Source: Trichoplax adhaerens
Taxonomy: Eukaryota; Animalia; Placozoa
Assembly: GCF_000150275.1 (NCBI RefSeq)
Contig: NW_002060947.1
Location: 4,445,220 to 4,509,219 of the forward strand
Direction: 5' to 3'
DNA: 64,000 nucleotides
Part shown: in pieces, positions 26,396 through 39,000 of the stretch
Numbering within the stretch: position 1 is the first letter of the stretch
How the letters are laid out: the number at the start of each line of letters is the position of its first letter
Notes under the pieces: model-generated
Databases searched by the model: none
Seen by the model: only the letters and a program-made list of their open reading frames with translations
Told to the model about the DNA's origin: nothing
Translations under genes and position numbers: made by a program

Positions 26396-27006
26396 TGAAC
26401 GTTTGTAAAGTTACTTGCTATTGGAAAATCGGCTTTTCAACAATCCTTCAAGGTGGAGAATCAATATAGCTTGATACTAAGTTTGCCTATTCGAATTTTA
26501 TCTATTTATTACATAATTAAATTTATGAAGTTGGAAATGCAAAATGGATGATCAACTGTGAGATCATTAGGCAATTTTGACTGTAAATCAAGTCAGGTAT
26601 CACTACACCAATTGTACACTACAATTTGAATAAATAAAACAGAATTGACATTTGTGTTTATGCTGATAATTGTAAACGATTGTGATAAAGCTATGCTTAA
26701 AACTTTGACATGAAAAAGTTCAAGGTGCAGATAAGAAAGGAGACGCTGTATTTGACAATGAGTTGTAGGTATATTACTGTACAATGTTGGCAATCAAGGC
26801 CGCAGCCTATTGCGAGTTGATGGTGAAATTGATAGACATACTGTACTGTATGTATTTTAACATTGACAATCACTATAATCGTTAGTACATATACAACAGC
26901 TGGATATGGTGGTATAGGGCATATTCATTTGACAAAAAGTTCAATCATTAAGTGATCCATTCATTGTCCATCGGTTGAGTAGGAGTAGCGGTGGATCAGG
27001 GTAACA

Positions 27007-27660
27007 TTATCGCCTCTTGCTGATTGCTTTTTTAGTGATTTTGCCTTTTTTCCCTTCGGGAAACATCCATTGAAAAAATGTGGACATCTCTGGTAGGTCT
27101 TTCGATTGTTGTAAGACATTCATGTTTTGAAGTTCTTTCTGTACTTCTGGATCATTGGTTGATAGTAATTTGGGTAAGACAACAACAAGTAATAAAGGCA
27201 AGACCATCATAATGACCATAGGATTATATAATATATCGGCCATTTTCCATGATTGGCGTTGCTCGAAGAATTGCATCGGCTCTTTAGCACGTAATTTTAG
27301 AGGATAAGGAAGGATTGATACTTGCGATGGTTGTAAATAGTTGACTTTTCGAGCTCTAATTTTGCCTTTACTACGACTAATATCAACTCTTACTGGCTCG
27401 AAATAGTAATTGGGTGATGCCACATGAACAATATGTGAACCAGCAGGAACATTATGAACGGTGAAAGAGCCATCGTATTGCAGGAAGCCGATCAATTTGG
27501 TTCCATCAACTAATATTTTTGTACGCGTTGTCCATTCTAGTTGGCGTTCATTAGGTAGAGAAACTTTCCCTTCAATTTTATAAAGCTCTTCAGCGATGAC
27601 GAAAGAGTTCAATATTACATAAAAGATGCCAATGGATATCCAACGAATTGCCGTCGCCAT
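27007..27660 (-). CDS. EMC7: ER membrane protein complex subunit 7, single exon, 217 aa
   Basis: Signal peptide MATAIRWISIGIFYVILNSFVIA, YKIEGKV, GFLQYDGSFTVHNVPAGSHIV..FEPVRVDI..KGKIRARKVNY..LPYPL, TM segment NPMVIMMVLPLLLVVVLPKL, basic tail. First in-frame ATG at 27660 (ORF track begins at an upstream TTG). Confidence 0.95.
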   Translation of the reverse strand: MATAIRWISIGIFYVILNSFVIAEELYKIEGKVSLPNERQLEWTTRTKILVDGTKLIGFLQYDGSFTVHNVPAGSHIVHVASPNYYFEPVRVDISRSKGKIRARKVNYLQPSQVSILPYPLKLRAKEPMQFFEQRQSWKMADILYNPMVIMMVLPLLLVVVLPKLLSTNDPEVQKELQNMNVLQQSKDLPEMSTFFQWMFPEGKKGKITKKAISKRR

Positions 27661-28405
27661 GATTTCTGTCTTGGCCAACTACACAAGTATTGACTACAGA
27701 AAAGGGAAGCTACAGACAGACAGCAAAGGACGGATGAACATTGCGTACTTTTGCGTACGTTTACTGTACACAGTGTACAGTACAGTGCTGTACTGTACAG
27801 TCTGTACTCAGTGTACTGTACTGTAGTCCACAAGCATGTCCCGTACCAATGCAGTATACTTGCATGGAGAAATTTTCCCTTCAATTTTATAAAGCTCTTC
27901 AGCGATGACGAAAGAGTTCAATGTTGCATAAAAGATGCCAATGGATATCCAACGAATTGCCGTCGCCATGATTTCTGTCTTGGCCAATTACACTCATGTG
28001 TCGGTGCTTTGCGTCAAGTATTGACTACAGAAAAGGGCAGCTACAGACAGATAACAGTGGACGGACGAATATTGCGTACTTTTGCGTACGTTTACTGTAC
28101 AGTACACAGTGTACAGTGTACAGTGTACAGTACAGTGCTGAACTGTACAGTATTGTACTCATTGTACTGTAGTCCTGAAGCATGTCCCATACCAATGCAG
28201 TACACTTGCACGGAGAAACTTTCCCTTCAATTTTATAAAGCTCTTCAGCGATGACGAAAGAGTTCAATGTTGCATAAAAGATGCCAATGGATATCCAATG
28301 AATTGCCGAGGCCATGATTTCTGTCTTGGCGAACTACACTCATGTGTGTCAGTGCTTTGCGTCAAGCATTGACTACAGAAAAGGACAGCTACAGACAGAC
28401 AGCCG
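27559..28405 (-). repeat. Tandem triplication of the EMC7 5' end (first ~34 codons + leader + TACAG box); units ~27559-27867, ~27868-28213, partial ~28214-28405
   Basis: Near-identical copies of agaaa(c/t)tttcccttcaattttataaagctcttcagcgatgacgaaagagttcaat...gccatgatttctgtcttggc; extra ATGs at 27969 and 28315 on the minus strand. Confidence 0.95.
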
Positions 28406-29110
28406 TAGAGGGGAATGCGTACGGTAGACGTAGAAGAGGGAGACCCCTCGTGCGCTGCGAATAAAGCAGACTACAGTATGACGTACACCACAACAGAAGT
28501 GCACAGTAAAGTGGTCTACAGCACTTTACACTGTAGATCACAATACTTTACACTGTGTCTAACAGTACTTTTCACCGTAGAAGAAGTACTGTACACTGTA
28601 TTTTACAGTACTTTCCATTGTAATCTAAGGACTAAACACTGTACTGTACCGTACTCAGCAAACTGTAGTCCAGAAGCTGTAAGTACAGTACACTGTCACA
28701 TACTGTAGGAGAGACTACCTACGGGACGACTTGTTCAATAACGTAGTCAAATAGTTGGCCTAAAGACAGTCCTGGACTACTGGAAAGAAGGAAGAGGGAG
28801 AGCGACTGACTTGACTAGACTAGCGAGCGATGTGTAGGCCGACTGTTTTGACGGGTCAACTGTACTACTGACCAGTGTACAGTACGCCGTTGCGGCTAGG
28901 TTGGTTTTGCACAGTAGAGTGTACAATGGCAGTCGTAGCGTCTAGTAAAATGACCTGCCAAAATGTTGGGATAGGCATTTGCAGCAGGTTCCCCATGTGT
29001 CCTATCAGTATGACGCGTCATTTGCCAAGGTCGTGGTACAGTGTACAAAGACGAGCGCTATACTGTACCGTATCGGACCGGACCGATCTGTTCCGTTCCG
29101 TACTGTCTGT
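27760..29110. promoter_or_regulatory. Multiple TACAG/CTGTA boxes in the EMC7-SEC63 divergent promoter region
   Basis: Clusters at ~27760-27830, 28090-28170, 28470-28710 and 28858-29110; region is also more GC-rich than its flanks. Confidence 0.6.
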
Positions 29111-29157
29111 GCCAAGCGTGTCTTCCTCTGTCTTAGCGTCCCATCAACTGTTCCAAC

Positions 29158-32100
29158 ATGGCAGGCGCAAAATTTACTTACGATGAAAGTGGCAATACGT
29201 TCTATTACTTTGCAACTTCCTTCTATTTAATGATATTAATCCCCTTGACATATTATTACCGCCCTAAGAAGGAAAAGAAAGGTAAGATTGCATTTCATAA
29301 TGACTCCCCTTGCCATACTACCATCATTCTTGCATGGTATCATTACACATGCTTGGATGGATGCTATGCTAACTACTCACAGGTGGAAAATGATATTCAA
29401 TCAATCAATCAATCAGTTCAAATACTGAGTAATAGGAATCAATAGTAGTATTTCTCATTTCAATTTGGCATCAACTTGCCATCGAGGATACAGTTGGACA
29501 TGGGTACACAGTATGTTTTATGTCCGATGTACTTGTAAGTAGACTACATGCCGTCAACAAAGTACAGTACCCGTTATTCATGAATTCTCATCATAATGGA
29601 CGACTGCATTTCTCATTGGATTACGATTGAATATGGTCAACAAATATTTTACTTTCAGTTTTACTGGCTAACATAGCCATTTCTTGTACTAAAGGATAGT
29701 CATTTTATGAGTTATAAGTCCATTGCCATACACATGGATTGTATTACTAAGTTGACATATTCAATCCATACAGTTACAAGAATGAAACCCAACTGTAGTA
29801 ATTCATTCAATGATATAATTATACTTTCTTCTTAAAATCCAATGGAAGAAGATCGTGTATACTAGAACAGATCGACATTCAATTCCTTTAGTAGTCACCA
29901 TAATATCATTCTTTGCATGGACACTTGAAATAAATGTCTTACATAAAAATTTCTACTGGTTGATTTCAATTTGACAATACTGTAGTGGATGCTACTGTAG
30001 TAATCAAACGATAAATTGCATTTACTCAACGAGTAGAATGAATACTTGCTATAGTAGCCATGATCATTGGAGTATATCGACTTAAGCTGTATAGTAGCTC
30101 TTTCTATTGATAAAGCTATACTTTGTTGAAGATTTAAAACTTACATTGTACAGTATTACAGTCCGCTATCAAAAAAATAATTCAAATCCTGTCAAACTTG
30201 AAATTATAAAGAAACACTACGCTACATTCATATTCTGAATGACATGGATTGACTACTCTGATATACGGTATATTCTACAGGAGATCAATCATGCTGATAG
30301 ACTATATGTTTCTATGCTTGGATTGTATTAATACAGTATATAATATGTTCATGACCAAGGTATTGGATCATTCCCAGGAAATAACCGATTCCCGGAATTG
30401 ATCGTAACATATATACTGTTATTACACAAGATGTACAACGTTCTTGGATCTTTCGTACGCTATCATGACCATCATGGCTTAGAAAGTGCTCACTGTAGCG
30501 TACATCTGACAGTATTCTGATATCGACAAATAATTTTATCTTCAATAACTAGGTGTATCGTTCCTGACATCATCATAATCCATGCATTAGTACGATTGTA
30601 GATACAACGAATCATGAATTCGTAGGTTTACTAATATTATAAGGGTTGATCGATACGTACATTTCACATGATATTCACTTTCATTTTATCGCCAAACCTA
30701 CTTTAACGACCCATAGTATACTAACCATTAACAACCACACTTCCAATCGACCTTATACGAGTAGAATATTATACGCGTGTATCGACTGCAGTATTCCGCT
30801 ATTCAATGGATCAGCATGATATACTATAGTAATTTAGTAATCCATGGATATACCAATATGTGTTATTTCGGACAAATCTAGGGCTAGTTTTTTTTGAATT
30901 CATCGTTTCTACATATAGCCTTTGCTGACCGCATGTATCTACTTTCATCGTAGACTCTCTTTCATTTGTACTACAGTGTTACTAGATAATGCTTTCCCGT
31001 TACTAATTGATCTTCTCAATTGAATAAGATTAATACGTCCCTGGATTGAAAACACCTTCATGATTCTTCACTTCTAGATGTAGTAGTATCTATCTTGCAT
31101 CTTCTATGATAAACCACTCTTAGGTTACCTAACCCCAACCCTTACCGACTTACGGCTTTCTTTACTAATATAATTAGTCAAACCTTATTAATATGATAAT
31201 ACTATACGCGTTTTATTAAATTAGTAGCTCGAAAGCATGTTTTATGTACATCTTTCACGATATAACGTTTATATCTGTAAATGTTAATAAATACTAATCA
31301 TGGATTCATTGACTACGATAGATAGTACACAAGACGACAGCAATGATTGTCAATGTCATGGATGTATTGATAAACGTGCGTTTTTGAAGAAAACATCTCA
31401 TAAAAAATCCAATCGTAAAATGTAAGTCTAATCTATACAAAGTTGAAAACTATTGCAATTGAATTCCCTGCTATTGAAATAGACGCAATGTATATTCCCT
31501 ACGAAATATTCTAATGAAGACCTTCATTTCATTAGATATATAATACTAGTTATTGCCTGGATTATAGCTGCTATCATCGTTTATAAAGTGTCGTCAATGA
31601 AAAATGAGGCAGTGGCATTCGATCCATATGAAATACTAAAAATTAGTGAAGTAAGATCCACTGTATCGACATTGGGTTAACATATTACATGGTCGATCTT
31701 AGTAGCATTAGATTGATATAAGAGACTTCTAAAAGTCAATTTTTAAAAACTTATTGAGTGTGATAAAATTTCTTGTTATACGTAGACGTTATATCAATTT
31801 AGTAACTATATTTTGATATTTATTCTTTGAATCTCATGCGTCGGTTAAACAATCTTTATGCAATGTAAAACAATTTCTACGGCAGTATTATTAGCTTTTT
31901 GTCCTTACCTGATATCAATGTACTTGATTGTGTTTAACGATTGATATCAAATATTAAAGTTTCGGCTTATCATACTCGTATAATTGCAATATCATCACTA
32001 CGAACTTATGTAAGCCCTCTTGCTTTTTCTTTACAAACCTAGGGTGCAATGCAAGCTCAAATTCGAGCAGCTTATCGTACACTTAGTAAAATTCACCATC

Positions 32101-35100
32101 CTGACAGAGGTGGAGATCCAAAAAAATTTATTATGATTTCTCGTGCGTACAAAGCGTAAGTTTATGCAGATATTATCGCTTGCATAATACTGATATTTTA
32201 ACTAGACTAATTCTAACTTTCAATATTTCGTCAATGTTATCATGACTCCTTTAGACTAGCTAACGAAGAATCTCGTAAAATGTGGGAAGAATTCGGTGAT
32301 CCCGATGGCCCTCGCGGTAATTTAACAATTTGATGACGCTGATAGAAAATATTGTACGAAATTTTATGTGTGATCAAACTTTTCGATGATGAGTATTCTC
32401 AATGACCCTTTTATTCAATCGTATATGTAATCAGAGATCAAGTTTGGTATCGCGTTGCCATCTTGGATTGTAGAAAAGAACAATTCATGGATGGTAAATA
32501 CTTCATTAAATTTCTCTACACCACATAAACTATGATAAATTAAAAACTTATTGGTTCCTGTAGTAATTTTTCATCTCTTTATTTGTAGGTAGTACCTTTT
32601 AACTTGCTAGTGATAAATCTAACTATTAATCATAAAAATGATTGAGTGTTCCCTAAATTTTTTACAGATTGTTGCTTTCTATTTTATCGTATTCCTTGGT
32701 CTCCCTCCAGTTGGTTTGGTACGTAAACAGTTGTAATAGTTAGCTCCTCAAAGTTTTTTCTTTCGTTTAAATTGAATACAACCAATACAACTATTGTTAT
32801 CTATTTTCGGCAATTGTAAATATTAAACTCTAATAATATATGGCTTAAACATTTAATAGTATTTTTGGTGGAGGCGTGCAGTTAAATATGGAGGCGATAA
32901 GGTTTATAGTGACACAGTAAAGCTTTTTACGTATCAAGTTCACAAAACTCATACCTTAGCAACGAGTCGTAAGTCAATTAATATCTTGTTTGTGATCGCA
33001 AATATAATAACTATCTAGATTACTTTTAAAAATTATGGCTACTTCGTACTTCTTAGGTGCATTAATGGTTTTGAGTGCAGCTTTTGAATTCTGTGGAAAA
33101 ATGAATCCGGATATTAAAGAGAGAGAATCAGATAATGAAGATTTATCTAAGGTTAGTTTAAAAACTATTTCGTGCGTATTCTTCTCAGATTTACTTTAAA
33201 TTTAAACGAGGGAACTCTATCCTTTATAGCTTGTCAGTAAACTTGGTTCTGAAGTAAAGATCGGGTGTAAAGAACAGCTATTGGGAGCACCATATTCTGT
33301 AAAAACCCGTGCATTATTACTCGCACATATGCAAAAAATGGAACTTCCGAGCAAAAATTTAAAAAATGGTATTCGTCTCACCTTCAACTTTATTCATATA
33401 ATTAGGTAGTTAATCTGTTTTATCGTTAAATGCAATATGATATTTGTCTCTAAGATTTAGAATATGTTCTTAAGAAGTGCCCTCTTCTCATTCGTGAATT
33501 GATCAAATCGTGCTGCTTTATTCACTTAGTACTATTGTATCAGCGTAAGTTAAAATTTATCATATTTTATCTAATTAGTATTATCAAATACCAATTAATT
33601 TTTTAATATATTTCTAGAAGGACAAGTTCGAAATGTCTTTTCGTCCATTGAAAATATCCTTAAATTAAGTCAATGCCTTATTCAATGTACATGGGGAGAT
33701 TTACATCCCATGTTACAGATACCTCACTTGAAACGTGAGATGCTGAGGCATTTTCAAACCAAGAAGGTGTTATAATTACAAAATGTTACAATATACTTGT
33801 ATATACTCGTAGTTATGTAATATTAGGGCGAAAAACTAACGGGTGATACTCTATAAAATAGAGAAGTATAAGAACTATTACCGATCTGGTTGCATTACCT
33901 GCTGAAGATCGAAGGTATTTATTCAAACACCTTTTATTATTCTTACTGAATGTAATATTAAATTTCTACATTAATTTTTTGCTTTTCAGATCTTTATTGA
34001 GAACTCTGACTGACCAAGATTACAACGACGCAATGAAATTTTGTGCCAATTTACCATACTTGAGTATAACTGTCGATACGAAAGGTTCACCAAATTTTTA
34101 AGTTGTCCTAATTCATTCATGAAAGCTTCTTATTGATAACTGAAGTATAATACAGTTTTAGGAGAAAACATCGACTCTACTGTCATCACTACTAACTCAG
34201 TAATTACCTGTCAAGTATCGATTACTCGAAGCTCTTACGAGAAGGTAGCTGATAATTACAAAATACGGTAGATGACGTACTTAATTGTAAACTGCTGTAG
34301 TAGTTACACGATATCAAACAATTGTTTTACAGGAGTTATTTCATGAAGCAAATAAGGAAAAGAGTCTATCAGAAGAAATTGAAAATATTGGTCCAGATGA
34401 TGAAGTACGATTTCACGCTAACTTTTTACCCCAAAATTTGTGAATTTTAGTAATAACGTGACAATGCACTTCTGTTACATTTTTTTTTATACCTTTCAAC
34501 AAAATAGAATGAAAAGAAGGACCGTAATGCTCCTATGCAAAATCATAATTCTCGAAAAAAGCAAGGCAAAAATAAGAAATCTCAGAAATTTCAGAAAGGG
34601 AAGAAACCGGCTCAAAAGAAAATTACGAAAAAAGTCGAAGAAATTTCTACAGTACAGGATGAAGAGAGTGAAAATGATAATGCTGATGATGAAGAAGAGA
34701 ATAAAAGTGATGCTGAATATAATTCTGATGATGACGATGTTGTAGCTAATGGTAAGGATGAGTGGGAAGTAAAAATGGAGAAGCGACACAAAGAATATTT
34801 ATATGGCGATACGGTCCCTACTAGTCCGTTAGTTCATTGTCCATATTTTCCTGAGGTATTTATATCAATTATAAAGCTTTAGCGATATCTTATAGCTGAT
34901 CGAAAGTGATCATTTTTAAATGACAGTATAAAATGCCACTTGCAGGAAAGACGAGAATCATGGTTTGTCTATCTCGCGGACAAAAAACATAGCCAGTTTT
35001 TAACAGAAAGGACCTTTTCATTTGTTGACGATCTCGTCGATACCAAGGAGGTTAGACATAAATTTTGTTTAATTCAACAGGTGGTATTGTATTTGATTCT

Positions 35101-35542
35101 TCTAGCGCTATTTAACTAGATTATTTTTCGGTAATCAATTATTCTCCATTTCCTATCTCTTTGTAAAATTCTAATGCCTTCTTTCTCACATAATTAGCTT
35201 ACATTTCAATTTCCAGCACCGCCAAATATTGGTTCTTATGGATTTTGCGTTGTTGTTCGATCCGATTGTTACTTAGATGTCGATAAACGTGTTTATCATA
35301 CGGTTTGTTAAATAAATTATTAACTGCAGCATAAAGTAGACAAATGTTACTCAAAGAAAATTTAGGTAAAATTGGCTGCTTTTCGCTATCATAATACGTA
35401 GATTAATGTTGAAGCACCAAAAGAATCTCACATAGCTGAAGTGAGTGATTTGGAATCGGAAACAGAAAGCGAAAGCGAAGACAATGGAGAAGATGTCACA
35501 GATTCGGGATCTGATGATTGGGACAATGAAGCTGAAGAGTAG
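29158..35542 (+). CDS. SEC63: Translocation protein SEC63 (TM segments, J-domain, Sec63/Brl domain, acidic tail), about 20 exons
   Basis: MAGAKFTYDESGNTFYYF, FDPYEILKI..IRAAYRTLSKIHHPDRGGDPKKFIMISRAYKALANEESRKMWEEFGDPDGP, FGIALPSWIVEK, VHCPYFPE, FQFPAPP..VRSDCYLDVD, acidic end ..DWDNEAEE* (TAG 35540-35542). Exon 1 29158-29281. Confidence 0.96.
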
Positions 35543-36087
35543 AATAATATTGCTATTATGGATTTGAAGTACATTTTCAAGAATTGGTTTCATATATTGA
35601 ACTCATATAGAAGCAGGCTTACCCTTTCATCAGATACTTTTATTTACATTTAATCGATTATAACGCACACATTTGATATATTATTAATTTTTGCGTGTGC
35701 ATATATTATGATGTGTTGTAAGTCCGCTTATTTCTTCTACAACATGTATTACGACTGGTGTAAAACTTGTGTATTCATTACTGTAAACGATAAAAGTATT
35801 ACACCATTAAACAGCAGCTCAGGCGAATTTATGGAAAGATCGTGGTTTAAATATTACTAGATCATGTTATAACTTTTTAGGTCATTGCTAATTAATTTAC
35901 ATTGGCCATTTCGCGTATTTAGTACAATATGAACTTGCAGATTTAAGTAGTGAACTTTTGACCACTAGTGTGATTGCTACAACTTCTATGGACCATTGGA
36001 AAGAGACCTGCTTTCTAGTAGTCTATGTGATTTTTAATCAACTCTTCTAACAAATTGAAAAATAAGTTGCCTTTATTGATGAATAAT

Positions 36088-39000
36088 TCATGAATTGAAA
36101 TTAGCCAAAAAGGTTGATAGGTGAACGCTAAACTGTTGAAGCCAAATTTCTTGCTGTAAAGGTGTAGTAAAATTAGTACGCATTTCGCTGGCTAACATAT
36201 TTGGTTAATTTAAATAGAAAACTAACTTAATCAATATATCACAGCTGATGAAACCTACCGTATCGACTATCGTATTAGTTGTAGTATAACAGTTGCTAGA
36301 TAACATCAAATCTGATTGTCCTAAATAATATGCGTTATGCAGGTTATGAGAATCCTAACAAGTCGCACGTTGCTTGTGATTACGGTACACAAAGTTCATG
36401 TTTGTATTGATTGTATTATTATAGTTGCTTTCTGATATAGGGCAAGAAGCAGAATAATAATAACTTAAATGCTTACCATACATCGATAAGATGGTCTCTT
36501 CATTTAGCCATATGGCTAATATAACGTCCTCTTTGCAAACCTTACCGTCATCAATTACAGTATAATTGATGAATTTAATAAGATCTCTCAAGAATATGAC
36601 CATTAGAACAAACTAACTGTAAAATCCCAAAACTAAGTATTCATATACAGATTACATACTATTTTTCTGAGACACAGCTTTGCGTGAGCGACAGCCAAAT
36701 TGCATCTGAAAATTTAAAAATATCTTATTTAAAGTATATTAAGTTATCATAACACGACAAAACGTAATCTAGGAATTAAATAAAATATTTTATCAAAACT
36801 AAATCTGGTGATATATAGTAAGAGATATTATATCAAACTTTACAATATACTGTAATCAACATAGTACCCACACGGTGTTAATTGCATTTAACGGGAACGT
36901 TAAGTTTAATTGGCAATCAAACAGAGATTGACGTCTTGCGAGGATATACTGCTCAACCAACGCTCTTGCATCATTAGGGAATTGAACTTCAAATTCTGAT
37001 GCTAAATTAATAAGCTATTACAAAATGTATTACGAATCGATCAGGAAAAGTCTTAATTCGTAAATATTGTGATAGAAATAGTCCGCCTTTTATTTGCACT
37101 ACGGTGAATGTAATTTACTTTATTATTTTTTTTATGTAACACTAACAATCAGGTTCGCAAAACATAGACATAATCCACTTTTACGAAATATTAACATAAC
37201 TATGATATAGAAGCTGTAATATGCGTCATCATTCCATATTCAATACGCTATACTTTAGCTAAGGCTATTATATTAGCATCCACAACTTTACCGTCGTATG
37301 CATTACCGTATTGTAATCGATCGACTTAAGTCTGAATTGCTCACAGGAGTTGTTTGAAGTAACGACATTATTTGCTAGATCAATTCTTACACTTTTTGAC
37401 CCCTCACATATAGAATCGTTGACCGGAATTACAAGATTAAATTGCCTAAAAGTGAAGTAAATCTGAGTAAGTAGACGTGATCTTCATCGCTGGAACTTGC
37501 AGTGCCATCGTGATTGCGGTATATATAGTCAGCGGTGTTGAAAGTATACGAAACAAAACAGTGTTAGGCTACAAATTCCTAACTGGTTATGAGAATAAAG
37601 ATTGACCTACCTGACTAAGGATTCTGATATTCCAATTAATCTCTACGGAAATTATAGTACAGAACATCATAAAAATATCGAAACTTGCATACGCATTTAA
37701 TGCGGTATACGTATTTGAATACCGTTTAGATAGTTTATTGATTAGTCAAAGTTTCTAAAATTTTGCTTCTTACATTTGCTGAACTAGACCAAACTGTGCA
37801 AGCTAAAGGGTAAAGAATGTGTGTTTGCTTATCAGTAAGACATTCTCCTTTATACTTTCGTGGAATCTCGACAGCGATTGATGAATCTTCCATCACTAAA
37901 TAATATAAATTTCTGAAAATTGTGCAGATAACAAGCTCGATTCGAAATACTATGTAGTTTTAAAATTGCTAAACCTCAGTATTACTTTTTGGACACTTAA
38001 ATTACACAGCCAAAGTTTGAAGAAAGAATTTTATATGTATGATACGCTCTAGAACTTATTTAGCTGCTTGATATGATTTACCTTTCCATAAGGCTTCTTT
38101 GTCTTCCTTTCTTTGAAAGTTTAAGTCATATATCAAGCAAATACCTGAATCTGCTAATGCAAGTGCGCCAGCCCCTAAGAATGACATAAAACTTACAATA
38201 TTTAGTAATTTTATAAGATACGCATAGTCTGCTAATAAAATTTCGAGTATGGCAATAAAATTATAGTACCGGGACATGCGTTATGCGTATTTACCGTAGA
38301 CCCAGTGATTATGATGATTATGCCAGGTGGTGGAAAAATCTGCAATTAGCTCTGTATTGGTTGTCTTATAAACTGCTCTAATAGGGAAGGTTTTGTTACA
38401 TTAGCCATTTATTTTCATTTTATATAAGGATAATGTGTGTTATCTAACAATTACTGTGGTCAAAATGAAGTACACTGCAGTTTTTTAACTTTACTGTGTA
38501 AGATATCTAGGCAGGTGTTACCGTAAATACTTTCCATTCAACTAAATTTGGTTTCAGCTATATAAAGATGTTACAAAGTATGCTTGGTACAACATGTCTT
38601 TTATTTTATTTTATATTCCTGAACGTTAGTATTTAGACCAGACAATTCTATTATAAAATGATGTAATTATTCGTATACGTAATTATCAATAATATCGACT
38701 ATTGATCTTTATTTACACCATTTTCTATACTAAAAAATAAAATTTGCTTATACAGTTTTTTTAAGGGATCTTTGTTGCATACAATCTATTAGCTAGATAC
38801 AAAGATCAGGGCTTGCAGCGAATCTAGCCCCTCAATTCAACTGTCTACAGGTGTATATATATCATGACTACTCATATATGATATGGCCACAATGTATGAA
38901 AGCTATAGAAAATTGCGGCACTCACCTCTCACCAAGTAGACTCCCAAGTTTAAAAAGTCTCTCAATGGCCAAAGAATTTTCACTGACAGTTAAAATGTGT

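Noticed and set aside
34440-34789. Basic and hydrophobic ORFs 34440-34745 (+) and 34496-34789 (-)
   Set aside because: Alternative-frame and antisense shadows of the low-complexity K/D/E-rich SEC63 exon.
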